Shown here: in pieces, positions 32,720 through 45,520 of the stretch
Layout of the letters: every line of letters begins with the position of its first letter
Numbering within the stretch: the first letter of the stretch is position 1
Source: the human T2T-CHM13v2.0 reference genome, Homo sapiens
Reading direction: 5' to 3' (one strand)
DNA: 64,000 nt
Assembly: GCF_009914755.1 (NCBI RefSeq)
Contig: NC_060929.1
Notes under the pieces: model-generated
The model's database searches: none
Told to the model about the DNA's origin: nothing
What the model saw: the letters and a program-made list of their open reading frames with translations, nothing else
Position numbers and translations under genes: made by a program

Positions 32720-33733
32720 AATTTGGCATGTTTTTGATGTGGCTGGTACTGGTTGTTCCTTTCCATGTTTAGTGCTTCCTTAAGGAGCTCTTCTAGGGCA
32801 GGCCTGGTGGTGACAAAATCTCTCAGCATTTGCTTTTCTCTAAAGCATTTTATTTCTCCTTCACTTATGAAGCTTAGTTTGGCTGGATATGAAATTCTGG
32901 GTTGAAAATTCTTTTCTTTAAGAATGTTGAATTTTGGCCCACACTCTCTTCTGGCTTGTAGAGTTTCTGCCGAGAGATCAGCTGTTAGTCTGATGGGCTT
33001 CCCTTTGTGGGTAACCCGACCTTTCTCTCTGGCTGCCCTTAACATTTTTTCCTTCATTTCAACTTTGCTGAATCTGACAATTATGTGTCTTTGAGTTGCT
33101 CTTCTCGAGGAGTATCTTTGTGGCGTTCTCTGTATTTCCTGAATTTGAATGTTGGCCTGCCTTGCTAGATTGGGGAAGTTCTCCTGGATAATATCCTGCC
33201 GAGTATTTTCCAACTAGGTTCCATTCTCCCCATCAGTTTCAGGTACACCAATTAGACATAGATTTGGTCTTTTCCCATAGTCCCATATTTCTTGGAGGCT
33301 TTGTTTGTTTCTTTTTATTCTTTTTTCTCTAAACTTCTCTTCACACTTCTTTTCATTCATTTCATCTTCCATCGCTGATACCCTTTCTTCCAGTTAATCG
33401 CATTGGTTACTGAGGCTTGTGCATTCATCACATAGTTCTCGTGCTGTGGTTTTCAGCTCCATCAGGTCCTTTAAGGACTTCTCTGCATTGGTTCTTCTAG
33501 TTATCCATTTGTCTAATTTTTTTTTCAAAGTTTTTAACTTCTTTGCGATGGGTTCAAACTTCCTCCTTTAGCTCGGAATAGTTTGATCGTCTGAAGCCTT
33601 CTTCTCTCACCTCATCAAAGTCATTCTCCTTCCAGCTTTGTTCCATTGCCAGTGAGGAGCTGTGTTCCTTTGGAGGAGGAGAGGTGCTCTTATTTTTAGA
33701 GTTTCCAGTTTTTCTGCTCTGTTTTTTCCCCAT
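32720..33733 (-). pseudogene. L1 ORF1p, disrupted
   Basis: ATG at 33733 (atggggaaaaaacagagcag). The C-terminal half is seen in ORF 32680-33213 (QENFPNLARQANIQIQEIQRTPQRY, YPAKLSF). Internal stop present and the native stop is mutated. Confidence 0.93.
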
Positions 33734-34307
33734 CTTTGTGGTTTTATCTACCTTTGGTCTTTGATGATGGTGACGTACAGATGGGGTTTTGGTGTGGATG
33801 TCCTTTCTGTTTGTTAGTTTTCCTTCTAACAGTCAGGACCCTCAGCTGCAGGTCTGTTGGAGTTTGCTGGAGGTCCACTCCAGACCCTATTTTCCTGGCT
33901 ATCAGCAGTGGAGGCTGCAGAACAGCAGATATTGGTGAACAGCAAATGTTGCTCCCTGATCTTTCCTCTGGAATTTTTGTCTCAGAGGAGTACCCGGCCA
34001 TGTGAGGTGTCAGTCTGCCCCTACTTGGGGGTGCCTCTCAGTTAGGCTACTCGGGGTCAGGGACCCACTTGAGGAGGCAGTCTGTTCATTCTCAGATCTC
34101 CAGCTGCGTGCTGGGAGAACCACTACTCTCTTCAAAGCTGTCAGACAGGGAAATTTAAGTCTGCAGAGGTTTCTGCTGCCTGTTGTTTGGCTATGCCCTG
34201 CCCCAAGAGGTGGAGTCTATAGAGGCAGGCAGGCCTCCTTGAGCTCCTGTGGGCTCCACCCAGTTCGAGCTTCCCGGCCGCTTTGTTTACCTACTCAAGC
34301 CTCAGAA

Positions 34308-34490
34308 ATGGCGGATGCCTCTCCCCCAGCCTCGCTGCTGCTTTGCAGTTTGATCTTAGACTGCTGTGCTAGCAATGAGCAAGGCTCCGTGGGTGTAGGA
34401 CCCTCCAAGCTAGGTGCGGGATATAATCTCCTGGTATGCCATTTGCTAAGACTGTTGGAAAAGCGCAGTATTAGGGTGAGAGTGACCTGA
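34308..34490 (+). pseudogene. L1 ORF0 (antisense 5'UTR ORF), truncated at 60 aa
   Basis: MADASPPASLLLCSLILDCCASNEQGSVGVGPSKLGAGYNLL...RVRVT*, homologous to primate ORF0. Premature TGA, probably from CGA. Confidence 0.85.
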
Positions 34491-35323
34491 TTTTCCAGGT
34501 GCCATCTGTCACCCCTTTCTTTGACTAGGAAGTGGAATTCCCTGACCCCTTGCCCTTCCCAGGTGAGGTGATGCCTTGCCCTGCTTCGGCTCACGCTCGG
34601 TGCACTGCACCCCCTGTCCTGCACCCACTGTCCAACACTCCCCAGTGAGATGAACCCAGTACCTCAGTTTGAAATGCAGAGATCACCCATCTTCTGCGTC
34701 TCTCACACTGGGAGCTGTAGACTGGAGCTGTTCCTATTTGGCCATCTTAGCTCCCCCCTCTCTAAATGACTTACTCTTGAATGACTTTTGGGTAAACAAT
34801 AAAATCAAGGTAGAAATTTTAAAAATTCTTTGACATAAGTGAAAATGGAGACACAACATCCCAAAGTATCTTCAATGCAGCAAAATCAGTTTTAAGAGGA
34901 AAGTTTATAGGACTAAATGCCTACCTCAAAAATTAAGATGATCTAACATCACACCTAGAGGAACTAGAAAAATAAAAACAAACTAATCCAAAACTAACAG
35001 AAGAAAAGAAGTAACTAAAATCAGAGAGAAACTGAACAAAATTGAGACCCAAAAATCCATATAAAGAATTAACTAAATCAAAAGTTGATTATTTGAAAGA
35101 ATAAAAACAAGATTGATATACCACCAGCTCTACTGACAAAGAAAAAAAGAGAGAAGATCCAAAGAAGCACAATTAGAAATGACAAAGGTGACATTACAAC
35201 CGATCACACAAAATACAAAAAAAGAAATAGAGACAATTCTAAATGTCTGTACACACACAAGCTAGAAAACCTAGAGAAATCTGATAAATTCCTAGAAACA
35301 CACCACTTCCCAATATTGAGTTA

Positions 35324-35530
<207 letters not shown>

Positions 35531-38500
35531 AGAACCTACACCAACCAGAAAAAGCCCTGGACCAGAAAGATTTACAGCCAAATTCTACCAGAAGTACAAA
35601 GAAGAGCTAGTACCAATTCTACTGAAACTATTCCAAAAAATTGAGGTAGAGAGACTCCTTGCTAACTCATTTTATGAAGCCAGGATCAATCTAACACCAA
35701 AACCTGGCAAAGACACAGTGAGAATGGAAAACTACAGGCCAACATCCCTGATAAACTTAGATGCAAAAATTCTCAAGAAAATACTAGAAAACTGAATTTA
35801 ACAGCACATAAATGAGTTAATTCATCATGATCAAGTATGCTTCATTCCTGGGATGAAGGGTTGTTTCAGCATACACAAATCAATAATTATGATTCACCAC
35901 ATAAACAGAATTAAAAACAATAACTATATGATCATTTCAATAGACACAGAAAAATCTTTGAATAAAATCCAGCATTTCTTTATGATAAAAACTCTCAGGA
36001 ATCTAGGCATCAAAGGAACATATCTCATAATAATAAGCGCCATCTATGACAAACCCATAGTTGACATCATACTTAATGGGCAAAAACTGGAAGGAAGCAT
36101 TCTCCTTGATAACTGGAAAAGGACAAATATGCACCTTCTCACCACTTGTATTCAACGTAGTACTGGAAGTGATAGCCAGAGCAATCAGGCAAGATAAATG
36201 AATAAAAGGCATCAAATAGGACAAGATAAAGTCAAACTGTCTTTGTAGATGATATGATTTTACACTTAGAAAACCCTAAAGACTCCACCTAAAGCTTCCT
36301 AAAGCTGATAAACAGCAAACAACTTCATGACAGTGGAGTTTCAGAACACAAAAGTAAATTTCAGTATAGTTTCAGAATACAAAATCAGTGTACAAATATC
36401 AGTAGTATTGCTACATAACAATAAAGTACAAGCTGAGAATCAAATCAAGAGTGAAATCCCATTTACAATAGACACACACACAAAAAAAACCTAGGAAAAC
36501 ATCTAACCAAGGAGGTAAAAGATCTCTACAAGGGGAATGATAAAACACCACTGAAATAAATCACATGAAACAAACAAATGGAAAAACATTTCATGGTCAT
36601 GGACAGGAAGAATCAATGTAATTAAAATGGCCATACAGTCCAAAGAAATCTACAGATTCAGTGTTATCCCTATTACACTACCAATGTCAATTTTCACAGA
36701 ATTGGAAAAAAAACTATTCTAAGATTCATATGGAACTAAAAAAGAGCCTGAATAGTTAAAGCAATTCCAAGCAAAAATAACAAAACTGGAGGTTTCACAT
36801 TACCTGACTTCAAACTAAACTGTAAGGCTACAGTAATCAAAACAGCATGGTACCAGTACAAAAACAGATACATAGACCAATGGTACAGGATAAATAACCC
36901 AGAAATAAAGCTGCACACCTACAGCCATATTATCTTTGACAACGTTGACAAAAATAAACAATGGAGAAAGAGCTCTCTAATAAATAGTGCTGGGATAGCT
37001 GTATAGCCAAATGCAGAAGAATAAAACTGGACCCAACTTTTCACCATATACAAAAATTAATTAACTCAAGATAAATTAAAGACTTAAGTGTAATACCTTA
37101 AGCTGTAGGAAACCTAGAAGAAGACCTAGGAAATACTATTCTTGTATTTCAGTATTGGGAAGGCATTTATAACTAAGTCATCAAAAGCAATTACAACAAA
37201 AACCAAAATTGACAAGTGGGACCTAGTTAAGCTAAAGAACTTATGCACAGCAGAAGAAACTATCAACAGAGTAAACAAAAATTTACAGAATGGGAGAAAA
37301 TATTTGCAAACTGTGCATCTGTCAAAGGCCTAATATCTGGAATTTATAAAGAAATTAAACAATTAAGCAAAAAAAAATCCCATTAAAAATGGGCAAAGAA
37401 CATGAACAGACACTTCTCAAAAGAAGACATACAAGGGGCCAATAAACATATTTTAAAAATGTTCCACATCACTAATCATTAGAGAAATGCAAATCAAGAC
37501 CACAATGAGATACCATCTCACATCTGCCAGAATGGTTATTATTAAAAGTCTAGAAACAACAGATGTTGGCAAGGTTGCATAGAAAAAGGAACACTTCCAC
37601 CCTGTTGGTGGGAATGTAAATCAGTTCAACCACTCTAGAAAGTAGTTTGACCATTTCTTAAAGAACTTAAAACACAACTACCATTCAACCTGGCAATTCC
37701 ATTATTGGGTATGTATCCAAAAGAAAACAAATTTTTTTACCAAAATACTCATGCACTCACATTTCATCACAGCATTACTCACAATAGCAAAGACATGGAA
37801 TCAATCTAAGTTCCCATCAATGGTGGACTGGATAAATAAAATATGGTACATACACACCATGAATACTATGCAGTCATAAAAATGATTACATTATTTCCTT
37901 TGCTGCAATCTAGATGCAGCTGGAGGCCATTATCCCCAGTGAATTAACACAGGGACAGAAGAAAAAAATATACTGCATGTTCTCATTTGTAAGTGGAAAC
38001 TAAACATTGTGCACTCATGGACGTAACGATGGTAACAGTAAATGCTGAGAACTATTAGAGGGGGGAAGAGAGAGGGAGTCAAGGGTTGAAAAACTGTTGA
38101 ACACTATGCTTGGTGCTTGGGTGATAAGATGATTTGTACACCAAACTTCAACATCACACAATATACTCAGGCAACAAACCTGCACATGTACCCCCTGACT
38201 GTAAAATAAAAACTGAAAAAAAAAATGTAAACAGTAGTTCTCTAATTAGTAAGTTATTAATGAAATATTGCCTTTTGGAATACTTTTTATGAGAGCTGGT
38301 TTAATTTTTCTCATCTTTTTGCTGATACGGTTTGTTTCACTTAGAAATTTAAGACCCAGAAGAATATTTTGTTTTACTTTTATATTGTTCAAGTTTTTCT
38401 ATTTTAGTATCAAAATTTTGTTCTAAAATTACGTATACAAAACTAATCTTAAGTGAAAATACGGCTTTTTCCACATTCACTGGTAGTCCTTTTACAATAT

Positions 38501-40233
38501 AGTTTTCCTGCTTTTAACTTATTTGATTCCTTACCCAGTCAGTTGCACTGAATCTTTGAGACTTTACTCAGGAAAGGCATTTAGGTGGAATACTTTCTGA
38601 ATCCTTATAGAATTCAAGGTACCTTTCAATTGCTTTATCCTGTAACAAAAATAATGCAGAATATTAAAAACTGAGTGATATAATTTTATCTTTTAATTAA
38701 TCCATTGTCTTCTGATATTTAATATAATAAAAGATAAGTCTCAAGCAAGTTTAATTTTTATTATTTTAAAGATAACTTTTTGCTTCCTTATAAATTTTTA
38801 ATTATTAAATTTCAAAAAATATAACTGGTATATATATGTATGATTTAATTGTGTTTGAATAAATTGAAGACTTGGGTATTAACTAATGTTAGTAAAACTT
38901 TTTTGTCTCATGGCTTTATTCCTTTTTTTATCTCTAATTTAAGAACATCAACTTTATTAATGTTTAGACTAATTAATGTCTTCTGTATTATTATTTTTGT
39001 TATTGTTTAAATTTTTTTCTTATACACTATTTTGAAATTCTTTTTTTTACTATATTCCCTGATTTTCTTTATTTTTTTGTTATTAATGTTCTGTTTCCAT
39101 TTATTGTAGTTTTGTTTATTATTAATGTGTTAATTTTAAATTCAGTTATGAAAAGTTTTATAAATGGGAAAAAATGTATAGAAAACTATGAAAATAACAA
39201 AGATCCCAGTTACCATATGTAATTAAAAACCGTTACTAAGCTATCACTTTTTTTCAGAATATAAGCAATACAAAGGTCTCTATAAAGGAGAGCATTTATT
39301 TTCAGTAGACTGTGGAGTGAAGATTAAATTTCAAAAACGTACAGGAAGAAAGGCCAGAAGGTAAAATAGGCTTTCATTGATAAACCTGGAGAGCTGGTGT
39401 CATGGGCAGAAGGCTGAGAATTTTATGGTAAGTCAGGTACAAATGCTGGTAGAGGTAGGATATTGGGGTCAGAATCAAGCAAAGTTTTTGAAAGAGATCT
39501 GGGGTGGGGGAACAAGCCCACCGCAAGTTTTTCTCTTCAGCCATTTGCCAAACACAAAGATGGGGCAGGTGGGGGATTAAAAACCAAAGCAGGAAGTTTT
39601 TGAAAAGCTGAGCAATTTATTTTGGCAGTTGTGATTCAGTGAATTTGGGTCTTACTGGTAGGAACTGTCTCAAATAAACAGCAGAAAACTCTGCAGGTTC
39701 AGTAGCAAACCAGAACTAGAATAAGCCTTACTAGCATTAAAACTTAACACAGCCTTAGCACATATTTCAGCACAGAACCTTACTTGGTTAAAATGTTCAG
39801 AGACAATATTGGCTTCCTGCGAGAATAGAAGGAGGAACTCTTACTATTTAGAGAAGCCATCATTTGGATACTACAAAATTTTTAATATACAACTCCTAGC
39901 ATTTATTTACAAAAATATTATGCCACGGAAATATATAACAAAACAACTTAAAAACAAGAGAAAAAAATAGGAACATATCCAAATATGGTCAGGATATTTG
40001 GATTAGCCAGAAAAAGCCTTATAGTAACTGTGTAATTTGTTCAAGATAATGAATGTAGAAAATAGTCAAAAATAAACAAAAATAAGAAGTTTTACCAGAG
40101 AATGGAAACTATTTAAGGAAAGAAAAGAATCAAGTAATCATTCTAAAGATGAAAAACAAAGAATGAAAATTAACTAAACAGGATTAACTTAACAATAGAT
40201 TTGACACAGCAGGAGATAAGATTAATGTTCTAG

Positions 40234-40532
<299 letters not shown>

Positions 40533-41129
40533 TTAATGTTCTAGAAGGTAGGTCAACAATAAAATACTCAAACACAGAAAGAGAATAAAAGAAAATACAG
40601 GAAATATATTACATATGTGTAGGTGTTAATGAAAAGGTCTAATATGTGCATGATGTAATACCAAAAAAGGAAAAGAAGAAATGGAGTAGAAGCTAATAGA
40701 TTTTGCAAACATGTCAAATACATGAAGCCACAAAGAGGAGAAAGACTATGAATCCCAAACGAAATACACAAAAACAAAACTACACTAAGATATTTTATGA
40801 AACACCACTAATTACTGAAGACATGGAAAAAAGCTTAAAAGTAGCCAGAAGATAAAAGTAAGTTTGTCATCCAATGAGCAACAATTCTTACAGATGACCT
40901 TTCAACAGAAACAGTGGAAGTCATATTAGAAATAACATTTTCAAATCGCTAAAAGGAAATAATTGTAACTCATAATTCTCTTTGCAGTCAAAAATATCTT
41001 TTAAAAGTAAAGTGGAAAAAGACTTTAACAGAAAAGCAGAAATGGAGAAAATAACCAGATCTGAACAGCAAAAAAAACCTATAAGACACAATTTATAGTC
41101 AACAAAGCCATCAAATATCTAGGAGAAAT

Positions 41130-42115
41130 CTTTTTATTTGTTTAAATTTGCTGGGTACAAGTAGTACATTTTGTTCCATGCATAGATTGGGTAGTGGTCA
41201 TGTCAGGATTTCTGGGTATCCATCACCCAAATAATATATATATATATTACCCATTAACTAATTTCTCATCATCCAAGCGCCCTCAACCCATCACCCTTCT
41301 GAATATTCATTGTATATCATTCTACTCTCTATATCCGTGTATATGCATTTTTTAGCACCCACTTCTAAGTGACAACATGTAATATTTGACTTTCTGTGTC
41401 TGGCTTGTTTCAATTAAGATGATAACCTCTAGCTCCATCCATGTTACTTTAAAAGACACTATTTTATTCTTTTTCGTGGCTGAACCACTGTGTATATATA
41501 CACCATATTTTCCTTATCCAGTTATCCACTGATGGAAACTTAGGTTGATTCCATATCTTTGCTTTTGTGAATAGCACTGTGATAAACATAAGAGTGTAGG
41601 TATAATTTTAATATGTTGATTTATTATTCTTTGAGTAGATACCCAGCATTGGGACTGTTGGATCAAATGGTAGTTCTATTTTTAATTCCTTGATAAATCT
41701 CCATACCGTTTTCCATAGGGGTTGTACTAATTTACATTCTCATCAACAGTGTGTAAGAGTTAGTTCCCTTTGCTTCATATCCTTGCTAACATCTGTTCCT
41801 ATTTTTTTGTCTTCTTATTTTTAGCCATTCTAACTGGTATAAGATGATATCACATTGTGGTTTCAATTTGCATTATTTGATGCTTAGTGATGTTGAGCAT
41901 TTTTCATATACCTGTTGGCCATTTGCATGCCTCTTTTAAAAAATGTCTATTCGTGTCCTCTGCCCACTTTTTAATGGAATTTTGTATTTTGTTGTTGTTT
42001 TTGAGTTGGCTTCTTTGTATATTCTGGATGTTAGTGTCCTGTTGGATGCCTAGTTTGCCAAAATTTTCTCTGAATCTGCAGGTTGCCTGTTCATTCTGTT
42101 GATTATTTCTTTTGC
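41130..42115 (-). mobile_element. L1MA2/3-like 3' fragment
   Basis: L1MA 3'UTR and ORF2 end on the minus strand, flanked by ctaggagaaat / ctagaaggaaat. Confidence 0.85.
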
Positions 42116-42459
42116 CTAGAAGGAAATTCAGTGGAAGCTATATAAGACCTTTATACTAAATAACATAAAATGCATAGAATTCTACTGAGAGTTATTTAAA
42201 ATATTTAGATAAACAAATGTATGAAGTTCATGGATTATAAAACTATATTTTAAATCTGTCAATTGTTTTTAGTCAATTGATAAGTTCAATACAATTTTAT
42301 TTATAATCACATCTGTGTGTGTGTGTGTGTATGTGTGTGTGTACAAAGTGAACTGATTCAAAAATTCTCACTGAAATGGAAAAGGCCAAGTAGATGAACA
42401 AATCTACAGAAGTTATATTACCAGTTATAAAGACAAAAAGCTACAGCAGTATGATGATA

Positions 42460-42521
42460 TTAGGTCAGTGCAGAAGTATTGGCCTTTTAATGGCAAAACT
42501 GCAATTACTTTTGCACCATCT
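42460..42521. mobile_element. MADE1 (Hsmar1-derived mariner MITE), internally deleted
   Basis: ttaggtcagtgcagaagta...ttttaatggcaaaactgcaattacttttgcaccatc matches the MADE1 TIRs. Confidence 0.85.
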
Positions 42522-43699
42522 CTCAAGGATAGCCAAATAGATCAATATAGCAGGTAGATTCTAGAAACGGATCCATATATGTTTCCCAATTTATGAGAAT
42601 AGTGATACTGGATTGTAGTAGGGAAAAGAGTAAACTTTTCAATAAATTGTGCTGGTTAAATGGGTATCTACATGTATACCATGTATGTGTGCATATGTGT
42701 GTATGTATAATACCTCTAACTCATACAACACACTAAAATAAAAACTAAACAGATTATAGATCTAAAATTGAATGGTAAAACAATAGTGTTGGTAAAAAAT
42801 AGTTTTTGGTCTTGGGGGTAGACAAAGGTTTCTTAAGATGTAAAAAGCAATTATCCATACATTTAAAAAAATGCTAAATTGGACTACATTGGACTATTTC
42901 AGTTTTAAAATTTCAGTTCATCAAAAAGCAATATCAGGAAGTAAAAAGTCAAGCCTCTAGATGGGAGAATAGGTATGCAATACATTTATATATTGAAGTA
43001 CTTATGACCGGAATATAAACAGTATGTCTACCAATTAACAGGAAACAAAGCAGACAACCCATTGGAAAAAATGGACAAATTCATTTTTCAGGCCATTCAC
43101 AAAAGCATATATCTAAACGGTAAAAAAATAAAGTCATTAGAGAGAGCATTTTTAATCTGAGATCATTACTGACACACCAGCAGCTAAAAGGAAAAAAGAC
43201 AATACCAAGTATTGGTGAGAATCTGGAGCAGTTAGAACTTCTATACTCTTCTGGTGGAAGTTAATTAGCATAGCTATTACAGAAAAATATAGAGTAACAT
43301 CTAATAAAGCTAAATATGTGCATATCTTATAACTCAGCAATTCATAGCAACAGTATAACTAATGGCTAAAACTATTCATAAAATGAAATAATACATAGTA
43401 TTGAAAATCTTTAAATACATTCTAGAGAAAATAAAAAAGATAAAGATAAGTAAGCTTATTCCAATCAAGATCAGTAACAGAGCAAACTCAAAAAGGAAAG
43501 AAATACTTAAACTAAATGAAGAAACAAAACAGATCAAAAACTCAAAATATAGAGAATACTAAAACTACCAAAAGCTATTTGAAAAGATTAATATAATACA
43601 CATTATGCTTGAATTACTTTAAAATTACCCCCAACTTTGAAAATATTTGTTAAATAAAGAAGGAGATGAAGCTACTGGTTTTATAAATATAGTGTGCCT

Positions 43700-45330
43700 T
43701 AGCTTTCCTCTGAATGCCAATCATGTATTTTTAAATTTATTATTAAATTTGTATGTTTTATTATCTTAGTTATTTTTGTTTATATTCATTTAGGTTTATT
43801 GTCTGAATTTACTAGTACTTTTTTCTCATTGTTGCCTGTTGCCTCACATTTCCTTCTATCTACTTTCATTTTTTTTCTCACTTCATGTTAATACAGGAAA
43901 AGGAGTATTCAGAAAACTTAACCCACTACAGTGTTCAGAAAATAGTACCCACTACATTACCTCCCTAGATTATCAAATCACGATTTGGCTGAATTAAAAT
44001 TCTCAGTTTATGGGTTTTATGTTCCCATAATGTTTGAAAGCTATCACTCTACTGTATTCTGGTATTCTAGTTGCTGATGACAAGTTGGCTGTTGGTTTTC
44101 TACCATTCTTTGTAAGTTGTCTAATTTTCTTTTCTTGCGGCTTTAGGATTTATTTTATCTCTGATGTCCTGCAATTTTATTATGTGACCAGATGTGGATT
44201 AAACATAATTATCCTATTTCTGGGCTTTCTCAATACAACTAATATTTCAATATGGACAATTCTTAGCCATAAACCCCTTGAATATTGTCTATTCAACATT
44301 ATCCCCATTTTATTCTTCTGGAATATTAGCTATAAAATGGAATTTCTTAATTAATCTTACATATATCTTAATTTTTCTTTCAGATTTTCCATCTCCTTGA
44401 GATACATTATTGCACATTTTCTATGTTCTGTCTTTTAATTCAGTCACTAGTTCTTTAGTTGCTTTCTGGTGACTTTAAGCTCATCTTTTAATTTTTGATA
44501 TTAGGATTATACTTTTTATTTACATATTTCAAATAGGTCATTTTTCATAGAGGATTATATGTTTTAAATAATATATTCTCAATCCTAATGGCTTATGTTA
44601 AAATCATTTTAAAATAGTTTAATGGGAAAAAACTCTTGTTTCATGGGGGCTATTCCCTCTATTATAGCTTAGAAATTTTAAACATTCAATATTAAAGTCA
44701 TTTCCAAATTGTTTCATTATTTTTTTTTTGGATATAAACTTTTTAAGATTGTTTGGTCTATAATCTCTCTTTTTTGCTAATGGATTTCCTCATGTGGTAA
44801 TTCATTTTGGTAATTTCACTTTCCCAGGGAGATTCCTCCAAATTGTTCCTCATCTACAAGGTTTTTAAGTCATCTAGAGCTTACACCTATCACCTGTGCA
44901 GATCAGGCTCCACACTGGGGACAGCCTGGCATGAATTTTCATTTCCTTTAGGTGATACTACCTCTTCCCCAGCCTTAGTAGGAGGTATTCTGGGTTGATT
45001 TATGAACAAACAGACTGAGACCATAGGGTATAGGCGGGGGTCTGTAGTTCTGACCATCAGCATATCAAATGTATTTTTAGTCTCATCTTCATATAGGCTT
45101 TGGGACCAGAACTGAGATGGCTTGTTTCAAGCCCTGGCTCCAATTAACAGAGAAGCTAGAGTTTTTATTTCTTCCATGAATTCCCTCTCCATTTCTGGTA
45201 CACGGAGATTTCCCTTTATAGTACAGTATAACCTATCTATGTATTAAATAATTTTATATTCTGTCCATTATTCCTATTTTTTTGGAGTAGGAATATGCTA
45301 TCATACTGTCATTTGACTTATAATTGCTAT
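43700..45330 (-). mobile_element. Ancient L1ME-like 5'/ORF1 remnant
   Basis: T-rich degenerate L1M motifs (gttgctgatgacaagt, aattcttagccat...ttgaatattg). Boundaries approximate. Confidence 0.5.
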
Positions 45331-45359
45331 CTCTTTGAATTTTTAGTAAAGAAAACATA

Positions 45360-45520
45360 TTTATTCATCTCATTTAAAAATATACAATAGTTGTACATTT
45401 TGGGGGGTACGTGTGATATTTTGATACATGTATACAATATAAAATGATTAAATAAGGGTAGTTAGGATAGCCATCATTTCAAACATTTATCTCTTTTTAT
45501 GTTAAAAGCATTACATTTCA
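45360..45520 (-). mobile_element. Short L1MA 3'-terminal fragment
   Basis: gtacattttggggggtacgtgtgatattttgatacatg...catcatttcaaacatttat. Confidence 0.75.
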
